From: a virus
Taxonomy: Duplodnaviria > Caudoviricetes
Virus record (IMG/VR): IMGVR_UViG_3300025296_000096
Span: 1 to 27,516 of that record
Length of the DNA: 27,516 bases
Strand: one strand, 5' to 3'
The notes beneath the pieces are model-generated. The model saw nothing but the letters and a program-made list of their open reading frames with translations, was not told where the DNA came from and did no database searches. This document shows, one piece after another, positions 1-10,800 of this stretch; position 1 is the stretch's first letter, and every line of letters starts with the position of its first letter. The position numbers and the translations under genes are program-made.

Positions 1-1
1 T

Positions 2-1861
2 TTCCAGCTTGAACTGGCAAAGATCCAAGAGTCGGATAATGCCAAGGAGCGTATCGCTTCTATCATTGGCTCCCAAGGCAATAATGCTGGTCGGATCAAT
101 GCGGCTTCACTGGCTGCTGCTCGTGCTCTTCCGATGGATCTGCTTCGTCAGGATGCAGCTTCACAGGCGCTTGATGATACTCGTTATGCCAGCAATCGTG
201 GGCGTGAGACCGATACGCTTAACGACAATGCAGCAGCCCTGCTGCCACAGGCATATGCTGACATTGCTTCTCGTGATCCTGCTCGTGTCGCTCGTGGCGA
301 ACAAACTCTTGCTGGTCTGAAACTTCGTCTGGGTGAGGCTCGTGAAGTATCGAAGGATGGTCAGGACGTAGCCGCACAAGCTCTACAGAATGCTACTGGA
401 GAGTTCAATCTTGGTGCTTCTCGTTACCGGTTCGGTAATGAACAGCAAGATCGTGCTGATATGGAAGCTGGTCAGGCTGCTTATGTGGCTGCTCTTGGTA
501 TGTCGGGTAATGCAGAAGATGCACGCGCAGTTCTGACTACGCACCCTAGTTTTCGTAATCTGTCGCCGGGAGCACTGGATCACGCCATTAACCGACTGAA
601 TGGCGTCTATGGAAGCCTGTTCGGTTCTGCTGATGTAGCGGCTGGAACTGGTGGAGGTGGAGGATCGGCTAAGGGAGCCGGAGCCGATACGGTTCTTGGC
701 TATGGTGCATTTGCCCAGCCACCTGTTCCCATCTCACAAATGACGATGGGTGAAGCACACGATTGGGCGGATAAGACACTGCGTCCTGCTTCCGGTGCGT
801 TGAATTCGTCGGCTACTGGTGCATTCCAGATTACAGCGCAGACCTATCGCGATTTTGCTCCGGGTGTTCTTGGGGACAACTGGCGCTCTCTTCCCAACTC
901 GTTGGAGAATCAAGAAAAAGTAGCGAAAGCGATTTGGGAAAAACGAAAAAATATTAAAGATTACGATATGAGCGAGACTTGGGCAGGACTCTCTCCTGCT
1001 GAAGCTACTCGTGTCAAAAATGCAAAAAGCTTTGATGAAATCAAAGGCTTGATCATGGAAGCAGAAGGCACAATGCCTTCTGGTGGTTTGGCCTCACTCA
1101 ATCAGGCTTCTCTGCAAGGTCAGACGCAGATTGGGCAGATCAATTCGGGTACTGATGCTGAAGCACTTCTGAAAGCTAAGAATGATCAACGGGATCCGAT
1201 TATCGTTGCTCGTGAACTGGCAAAAACGATGGAAGGTGTTCCTGTTGGCTTTTTGACGAGCCAGATTTCCTCGATTGTTCAGCGTTCGCGTCCTACCCTA
1301 GCCAATGGCAGAAAAGGCAATCCCACACTTTCCACGGGTGAAGCTGCTGAAATTCTGCTTTCGAATTACAATCAGCAACATCTTGGTTCGGCAGCACAAT
1401 TCTTTAATTGGGCGCGTGGAGAAAGGACCACTCCAAATCTCGGCAGAGAAGGATTGCGTCTCAATGATGCGGGTATCAATGAAGCGATTGAACGTGCTCG
1501 CACCGGAGGAAATGTTGCTGCTCAGGGAAGCCTGATCGATACACAGGAAGCCATGGCATCTCTGGAAACGGCTCGGGCTATTTATGACCAAGCTGTTGCT
1601 CAACTGAATAGCCAGAAACAGCGGGCCGAAACACAACCGGGTGTGGAAGCGCAACTTCCTCGTTACCAGCGTCGTGTTAATGAGGCAGAGGCACAGCTTC
1701 GGAAGGCACAGGACAATTACCAAAAAGTGTCGAATCTTGATTTTGAGGCCCCAAGGGAACGTGGTCGAGTGAATGGAAATACTTTCTCTGGTTCCTTGGA
1801 AAACACAGCATCCTATTTGCTTGAAAATCTTTTCGGGGTTAAGAAAAGACCACAACGCTGA
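2..1861 (+). CDS. Virion structural/ejection protein (N4 gp51 position) with internal lysozyme-like domain; 5' end lies outside the window
   Basis: The frame is open from position 2 (FQLELAKIQESDNAKER...) into the listed ATG at 134, so the true start is upstream of the window. The protein is Ala/Gly/Gln-rich, no Cys is seen, and the C-terminus is coiled-coil-like. It contains an SSATGAFQIT...QE..A...W.GL lysozyme-like segment and lies directly upstream of the vRNAP, as in N4-like phages. Confidence 0.8.
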   Translation, partial: FQLELAKIQESDNAKERIASIIGSQGNNAGRINAASLAAARALPMDLLRQDAASQALDDTRYASNRGRETDTLNDNAAALLPQAYADIASRDPARVARGEQTLAGLKLRLGEAREVSKDGQDVAAQALQNATGEFNLGASRYRFGNEQQDRADMEAGQAAYVAALGMSGNAEDARAVLTTHPSFRNLSPGALDHAINRLNGVYGSLFGSADVAAGTGGGGGSAKGAGADTVLGYGAFAQPPVPISQMTMGEAHDWADKTLRPASGALNSSATGAFQITAQTYRDFAPGVLGDNWRSLPNSLENQEKVAKAIWEKRKNIKDYDMSETWAGLSPAEATRVKNAKSFDEIKGLIMEAEGTMPSGGLASLNQASLQGQTQIGQINSGTDAEALLKAKNDQRDPIIVARELAKTMEGVPVGFLTSQISSIVQRSRPTLANGRKGNPTLSTGEAAEILLSNYNQQHLGSAAQFFNWARGERTTPNLGREGLRLNDAGINEAIERARTGGNVAAQGSLIDTQEAMASLETARAIYDQAVAQLNSQKQRAETQPGVEAQLPRYQRRVNEAEAQLRKAQDNYQKVSNLDFEAPRERGRVNGNTFSGSLENTASYLLENLFGVKKRPQR

Positions 1862-1886
1862 TTTGATTTGATAAGGTTTTATCCGG

Positions 1887-4800
1887 ATGCCCGACTTTCA
1901 AGAATATCTTGATTTGTTTGCAGGAAAAGAAGCAAGTCTTCCTCAACCGGAAACCAAAACAACCGAAGTAAATCAGCGTTCTACCGAACTGCAAAAGGAG
2001 GTGCGGAGAGTATCTGCACCTCTGAATGCCTATGACGCTCTTGTTGGTCGTTATACGAATAACGGACGCTATTCAGCATCTGAGGTTGAGAATGATTTTC
2101 TCAGCCTGACTCCATTTGAACTGCAAACAAAATATGGTGCAGATGCTTCGGCTTTGATTCAGGCTCGTGGGCGGGCAGAAGGCGAAGTAGCACAGGATCG
2201 TAGTGCTATCCGAACCAATGGAGAATTTGCTAGAGATTCAGCCGTAAGTGCTGGTCTGGGCTTCTTCAATAGTTTTGCGGGTATCGCCGCCCTTGGAATG
2301 CAGGGCGGTGACCTCATAGCTGATAAGCTGGCAGGTCGAGATACCACAGCCTTTACTGATGGTGCTGCATCGGTTTCCAATTTCACTGACGATATCAATG
2401 AAATTTGGAGTGGTCCGATTAGCGATGCTCTTGAAAGCAATCGCAATGTCGTGAATGCTGCCAATCGGCAAGCTTCACGAGATAATCAGGCTATCTATGC
2501 AGATCAGATTGCAGCAGGGGCAGATCCCAATCAAGCTAAGGTCGAACGTCTTATCAGGGACTTCGGGGACGCAGGATATAACGTTCTCGCAAATCCAGAA
2601 TATACGGCAGACACTGTTGCTTCTGGTGTTGGCTCGCTTCTTTCCGGCAGCGTCATTGCCGGTGGGGTCCGTGCAGTTGGTCGCAGCATTCTTGGAAAAG
2701 CTGGTATTCAGCTTGCAGGAAAATCCAAAAAGGTTGCCGATATCGTCGGTGACTACGCTACGATGCCAGCCGTCATCGCTGCACAGGAATCGGGTGGCAC
2801 CTATCAGCAGACCATGTCCGAAGCCCTTGATATCCTCAAGGAACGGACAGATCTTACCCAATCGGAAAAGAATGCCCTTGCTTCTGAAGCAGCACTGATT
2901 GCAGCCGAAACACAGGCACCTGTTGCTGCGGTCACTGGTATTCTGACGGCACGTTTTGAAGCGAATCCTTTTCGTACAGGACGGGCAGGTTCAATTCTCC
3001 AGAACGCTGGCAAGGAAGCTGTCGAAGAAACGATCCAATCAGGTACGAGCCAATACGGTACGAATCTGGGTATCCAGTCCGAGATCGATCCGGATCGTGA
3101 TCTTTACGATCAGGTCGGTACGCAAGCTGCGATTGGTGCAATCGGTGGATTCGGAACAGGTCCGGTGCTTCAGGCTCCGGGGGCCGTTGTCGGTGGTACG
3201 GTTGACGCAATAGGCGATACCGCTCGTTCCTTGGCTCCCGCTGGAAGGCTTGGTCTTTCCATTGCTGGTCAGGGTGCTGTTGGTGGAGCAGGCATTGTCA
3301 GCCGTGCCATCAATCGGTTCTCGAAGCGTAAATCCTATGATGAACTGCTTGAAGAAAATCGGAAAAATTCTCCGATCTCCGAAGAGCGAGTTGGTCAGGA
3401 TTTTGATGAGATCCTATCAGCCCAAGAAGCCATCGTCATGGATATCGAGGCAGAAAGCCCAGAGGCTCTGCCTGTAATCGAAACCCTGTTGAGCACGATC
3501 AATGATCAGGGTGATGGTACGCTCTACGATCAGATCTTGTCCTTGGCTCAGACTGCCAATGACACGACACAATCCGAAGAGCAGCGTCTTGTTGCAGCAG
3601 GCCGTATGGCTGAACTGATCGAGGCTCAGGAACAGATCATTGGTGATGGTCTGGATATTCTGAGCAGCAAGCTCGATGAAGAAAGCTCTGCTCTTCAAAA
3701 GGTATCGGCTATTGCTGGTGTTCTCGACCGAATGCGTTCGATGCCTTCGGTCAAGGAAGCCATGGCTTTTGAGCCAAGTGAACAGGTACAAACGGAAACC
3801 CAGAATGATATCATCATTCCGGATGACATCGCTGCAAGCACGGTTGCTCTTTCGACTTTGGCTCCGGAGAAGGTATCTCCTGCAATTGCACGAGCCGTAC
3901 TGGCCCAGCGTGAAGATCTGACACCTGATCAGCGTATCAAGTTGCAGGCGGCTATTACGATGGCAGAGAATGCTCGTAATGCCGTGGATCGTTCGGTTGA
4001 ACTGGGTCTGACTCGTCCGGTTGATGCTGTTAGTGAAATGGTCACGACCGGTAATGCCATCGAACGTGGGTTCGTTTCCGGCAAGCGCTATGTCAGCAAT
4101 GTGGTCAATGCTGTTCGTCAAGGACGAATGGATGAAGCCAAGGAAAACCTGAAAGATTTTGCCGACTTCGCCCAGCACATGCAGAACAAGGTTGGAGCGC
4201 TTAATGCAGCTTTGGCGAGTGGTAGTTCTCGTCAGAATGCCCAGAAGTTTCAGGCTCTTAATCCTCTAAGCCGAGTCTGGTTCGAAAGCACTGGTCCGTT
4301 CGTGGATCTAAGCCAGCCGGGATCAATTCGGCTTGCCCAGCGAATTGGTATCGAAGCACAGGCTATTGGCCAGATGGCGAATGATCTGATCCAGATGTTC
4401 CCTGATCTTGGGATCGAAGGGGTTGCACTGGATTCCTTGGACTCTTCGCTCAACTCCCCTGCTGAAGAAATCAGTGATGCTTTCAATCAGCAGAAGGCTG
4501 CTGAACGTCAGGCAGCCGTTGCCGAGATCGAAGCGCGTGAACAGGCGCGTCGTGAGCAGGAACTGGAAGCAGAGCTTCAGGCCAAGGAACTGGCTGATCA
4601 GCAGGCTCGCAGCGAAGAGATCCAGCGTGAGCAAGAGCAGATCGAGCGAGTTGAACAGGAAGTTACAGAAGAAGTCGTAACCGAAGCGATCAACGATACA
4701 CTTGATAATTCACAAGAAAATACCCCTCAAGAAGTGGAGGTTGTTTCTGAGCCGGAATCTGAACCCGAGCCACAGGCTGCACCATCTGAATCGTCTGAAC

Positions 4801-7800
4801 CAGAGCCAGATGGAGAAGTTGCACCTTCAGTCGAAGATGAGGTGCAAGAACCCACCGTTTCGGAAACACCGAAAGGGATGGATGCGATCTTCCCTAACCT
4901 ATGGGGAGGCACGAAGAATTTCTTCAAACGAGCTTTCCAGCTTCCAGCCAATCCCCGTGTTCGCTTTATCAATGATGATCAAATCTTTGATCGTGTCCTT
5001 GATGCTATGGGTGATCTTGGAGTGTATCTATCCATTGTTGGTACGGATGGAAGGCGCGCTTATACCAGTGAGATTGCAGAAGCTTACGCAGACTTCCTCG
5101 GAGACACCGACGCAACCCTGAAGCTACTTCAGGAACAGCTTACGGAGTTTCTGGAAAAAAATGATGGCGAAGATCGTCATCGTTGGCTCCGTGGTCGTGC
5201 CCTGAACATTGCCGAAGAAGATGGCACGTATAATCCTGAACTGATCGAAAAGGCAGTTCTGGCTGCATATCAGTGGCTGATTGATCCGAATAATCATTTC
5301 AATCAGGTCGATGAAAAGCAGGCAGCCGAGATCCTGAATATCGAACAATCTCAGGTTTCGAATATGCACCTGATTGCACTGTCAGCAGGATCGGGAACGA
5401 CACAGGCTATCCGTTCGCTGGCATCGACGATTGAACGGTTCTGGGGTCTGAAGAAAAATAACAGCGTATCAAAAGGATATACCGAAGGTATTTCCGATGC
5501 GGTTGCTGGCGAGATCCTGCGTGCCTTCGTGAAGCAGGGTTTTCTTCAGAAGGACGCTCTGGCGTTTCAGGCTTGGAAGCCTGAAGGCAAAAATGAAAAT
5601 CGTCAGTGGATCGCTACCCCAAATGAGAAGCCTCATCTGGATACACGGTATCAGGTAACCGATGCTGTTAAGGAGCGGGTGAAGCTTCAGGAACACCCCA
5701 CTGCGATTGAGCATCTGGTGGTACTGGATCCTGTCGAGACCGATCATATCGGTACACCTCCGAAAACAGGTCCGAAGACCCAGCTTCGTAGCAAGGTGCC
5801 TCTGACGGACGAACAGATCGCTGCCGAAAAAGCCGAACGCGAAACACCGCATTACGCTGATCGACCGATGATCGATTTCTATCTCGCACTTGGTCGAGAG
5901 GGCCTGCTTCGTCTGTTTGGTTCAGGGCCTATCGAAGAAGGCAATTTTAACACCAATCATTACGAAAGCCTCGAAGGCAAAAATCGCCAAATTTCGGCCA
6001 GCTTCGATAAGCTGGTATCGATGGTGAGCCAGATCCAGAATGTCGGTACGGCTGCCGGTCAGCAAATGGATCAGGTTCCGGTCTATTATGGGTACGAGTT
6101 CGCTTCGCAGAATCGTATGCAGATGCAGGGTGCTCACAATCCGCAAGCGAATAAGATCATGCGTGAAGCGATCCTCCCTACGTGGAGCACGCTTGATCTC
6201 AATACGTCCGAAGGGGAACTAGCATTCTTCCTTGCAATCGGTCAGGCTATCGGGGTCAAAATCCACAACCTCTCGAATGAGGAAGCAGTAGCAGAGACGA
6301 AACGTCGTCTTGGCAAGATGAAGTCTCTCCCGGAGTTGACTGGAGGAACCGAGTATGAAGCCTCAATCATCGACGCACTCCGTGCCGATTTGGGTGGTGA
6401 TCTCAGTCCTGCTGCTGTCCATGCTCTTATGGAGTATTCCCGTTCTCTTCGTGTGAATGACAAGAGCAATTTCCGTACCAGCCTTTATGTCGAAGCCGAT
6501 GGTGTCACCAATGGTCCGGTGAACGCCATGATGTTGATGACCAGCGGCAAGTTTACGCCGAAGTGGTTTCTCAATATGGCGCGTGGTGGTTTCTTCGTTT
6601 CGAAGTTTTCCACACTCGATCAACGTTGGGCTGTTGACAAGATTGATCTCTATGGCTCTGCGGGCACTGGAACCGAACGTGGTATCCAGAAGATGTTTCA
6701 GGATCCCAAGATTCCCGGTGAAGTGAAGGATCAGCTTTACTCGGCAGTTCGCCTGATGGGTCTGCTCATGCCCAAGGATATCGTTTTCAATCCGGATGGC
6801 ACGATCACAATTACCCGTGGTGCTGCCAAGAATCCGCTGACGATCACGATCTATGGTTCAAGTGAAAACGGCATTGCCGGTAATTTCATGAAAGAAATTA
6901 CCGATAAAATTTATGAGCGAATCTCAAATGCCGTTGCTGCTGGAGCCAAGACAGAAGCTGAGATCGCTCAAGCGATGTTCAGCGACAAGCCTGATCCGGT
7001 AACGGCATTCCGTGAATACCAAGAGCATCTTGGTAAGCTCACGGATAATGTGGTTCGAGTGAATCGCAAAGGTGAGCTTTACGTTGCTCAAGCCAAACCT
7101 GACAATCGAGGTGGTGATCGTAAATCACTTGCCAGCTTCACGTTCAGTGTCGGACAGAAGAAGGCTCTTCAAGCGAATCTGCTGAAGACTTTCGTTGAAC
7201 CCATGGTCACTGCCATCGACGAGACGCTGGCAGGCGATACGTTGTTCAATGCGAAGATGATTCGTACTGCGACACAAATCCAAGGCATCTTTTTCAAGTA
7301 TGATTTTCAGGCAGAGCTTGGAAAAAAACTGAAAGAAAAAGCCAAGGATCCTGAATGGAAGGAAGGAGACTTCCTTTCTGAGAATGAGATCAACGAAGTT
7401 CTTGGGATGATGCTCAAGAAATATCCGATGATCGCTTCGAGCGCACAGAACATTCTGGTCTCTGGTTCCCAATCGACGACACTAAATCGCAAGGTGCTGT
7501 TCCCTGATGAAAAGGGATCCGACAAGCCGATCAGTTTCGGTCGGGATTTTGCTGAAGACGCCGTGCCTGCAAGTCAGGTCTATGGTCCCCGTAATCCCGG
7601 TGTTGCCGGGATTCCGTTGGTCACGATCTCGTTCGGTGACGGACGCATGATGCAGATCCTGTCCACCATGGACGGTGCTCCTACGGGCACGCTCAAGGTG
7701 TTCGACGGTATGCACATGAAGCTGTCTTCGATGTTCGAGGACAGCAAGAAAGCCAATCAGGCTGTCTGGGAAAGCTGGCAACAGAACCCGATCAAGGCCG

Positions 7801-10800
7801 TGGCTGATAGTTTCCGTGAAGCCAAGAAGAACTTTCCTTCTATGATCACATCAAGAGACATGATGGAAGAACTTCAGCGTGCTTATGATGGATATCATTC
7901 AGGCACTGAAAATACGATCCAAGCGATCCTCGACAAGAGTGCGATGGAAGTAGAAGCACGCCATCGTGCCTTGGCTCGGGTCAAGGTGAGCGTGGATCAG
8001 ATGGCTTCGATTAGTTCACCTTTTCAGAATGAAGGAGCCAATCTCGAAGATCTGACCGAAGCCGATCTCAGAGATGTTGCCGAACGACTCGAACAGATTC
8101 GTCAGCAGGAACTGGCTGCTCTCGAAGAAGAAGCTCTGATCGATGAAGAAATTCGGATCCAGCGTCAGGCTGCACCGCGTGAACCATTCGAAGAGAAGCT
8201 ACGTTCATTGGGTCGGCGTGATCGTGAAACGGGAGCACAAGTGCTTTCGTTCACCTCGCAGCGTCAGCTTCGGACGTTCCTGAATGCGACTGGTATGGGG
8301 AATGCAGATCAACGTCAATTGCTGGCTGATCTGGTTCGTTCGGAAAGAACTCGTGATTACAAGATTGTCTTTGGTAATCCCGAAGAGGTAGATGCTTTCG
8401 CTCAGAACCAAGGGGATGAGCACATCGCATGGGAAGCGAACGTGCATGGACTTACCTCCATTGGTTCCAAGACGATCTATCTCTATTCGGCCTCGGTTGA
8501 ATCTCTGGTTCACGAGATGATCCATGCTGCCACCTATGAAACGGTGGCTTATTACATGCATGGATGGAATCTTGGACGCGATGATGCGATCATCGGGGAT
8601 GCCATTGAGAACATTGCCGTATTGGCAGAACAGTTCTCGAAGATGGTGCCTGATCCGGCCACGATGAGCTTTGCCCAACAGCAGGCCATGCTGGATGCTC
8701 AGAAAGCCATGGCTGATGCTCGTCTCGATTACGAGAATGAAGCCGATCAGCGTGCGGCTGCTCTCAATGAATTCATGGCATGGGCACTGGCAAACGAACA
8801 ACTGGTCAAGCTGGGTAAGCAAACCAAGGCCAGCAAGATTGCCACGATGGCCCGTAATGTGATCGATAAAATCAAGGCGATCATCTGGGGTAACAAGCGT
8901 AAGCCCAAGGTGGAAGACGATCTGTTTTCCAATCTGCTTTTCAATACGCAGGTTGTGATCAATGGTCGGAATAACGTTACCAGCTTTGCTGATACCGTTC
9001 TCCAGATGAAAACCAGTGAACTCCAGCGTATCAATGATATTCTGAACGATAAGGTGGCTCGTTATATTTCAGAGGAAACTCTGGAAAAAACGATTCGTAA
9101 TCGAACGGTGAGAGATAATGCTTCTCGCCGTGTGAATGAGAATATTCGGGCTATTCGTCGTGCTCACGAAATTGCTGAAAAATTCCAAGCGGCTGGGTTT
9201 TCGATGAACCCGGACGAGAAGAGCACGTTCGAAGCTATCGTTGCAGCCATGGCAACGGGCGCTGAACTGGATGGAGCCTCGATGGTGAGGCTTCAGGAAC
9301 TTTACAATCATGTGCAGGACAAACTAAAACTTTCGGATTTTCATCCTGAGAATCCGACACCTGAGCAGGAGCATTATGCGCAAGAACGATTCAACGCCAT
9401 TGCGGGTATATTTTTGGTTGGCCGCAATGTGCCTAATGATGATCTGGGTCGTACTGCACTCCTCTCCTCTTTCTTGGCTCTTGGACTAGTCAATCCAGAA
9501 TTTAAGAAAATCCTTGCTGGAATGGATCTACCCCAGAAGGATAAGAGTTCGAGAGTTGGTCTGGATGGTTTGATCGAAAACGTGGGTATCACCACGTTCG
9601 ACAAGCTGTCTCGTGTGCTCGCCAATCAGGACAAGAATACCGATAATGTTCAAGACGCCATTGGCGAACTGACGGAACAGCTTGTTCGCATTGCACAGGA
9701 TCGTCAGACTTGGCTTGATCAGACGGTTGGAAAGGTGAACAACGTCACTGATGGAATCAATGATTTCATCGTGAGTTGGGCTGAAAAGCTGGCCAAAGCT
9801 GCGGCTACCAAGGCTCGTGAAATCCGTGAAAACAGCGATAGTCGTTTCGTCGAGACAAGCACTAAGCTCGTCGAGATGGCGGCTTCTCTGATGGATGTCG
9901 ATACGGCTGATCAGTTCGCCAGCGATATTATTGGCGAGATGAGCACCAAGAATATCTGGAAGCCATTCTACGATTTCATCAAGGATATCGTTGGTCGTAC
10001 CGAAACCAATGCTGGTATCTACGACATGATCAAGATGGTCTCGGCCATGGTGGCACGTGACCGTCAGCAGTATCGTGACCATCTGCCTCGTAAGCTGGCT
10101 GAACGTTTCTCGCGTGAACTGACCGAGCAGGAATGGTCGGATCTGTATCACGGACTGGCGAAGACTGATTTCGCTGCCCTGCTCCAGACTTCGAGAATGA
10201 ACCAGCAGGACGCACTGGAATATTTCCGTGATCCTGATTTCCGGTCACGCCGGATGTCGGAACTCGAAGAGCAGATCCGTGAACTGGAAAAGGATGACTA
10301 CGATACGGTCATCAAGAAAAGCGAAGATCTCGCTCGTTTCATGATGCGTGGAATCGTGCCTCAGCAGCTTTGGCGAAATGCCTATGCTATTGGGTACATG
10401 ACGAAGGGCACCGCTCCGAGCCGTGAACTGGTCAATGCGATCAATGAATATGTTACGCTAAGGGCTACTACCTATCTCAGCGAACAGACGCTCGACAGGC
10501 TTTCTTCCTTGGCTCAGAATGAAGCCGAAGGCATGGCGTTCTCGCTCGCCTATCTGGGTGGCATCCGTCGTGTCGAAATTGGAAAGATCCTTGAAGCCAC
10601 CGATGATGCAGGTCAGCGTCAGGCACGGATGAATCACTACAAGGGCTTCGTTCCGAGTGAACAGAAAAACCGTGATACTTTAGTAGTAGCACCTTTGAAG
10701 GATGACTACCGTCTGATCGGAATGGGCTTCCGTCGAGTGGCAATGTACGAAGGTTCCAGCCATGTGAAGAACATGGAACCGATGGCCTATTATTATCTGC

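Noticed and set aside
1859-1874. TGATT triple repeat between the virion gene and the vRNAP
   Set aside because: It is very short and most simply gives stop codons in several frames; there is no further evidence of function.
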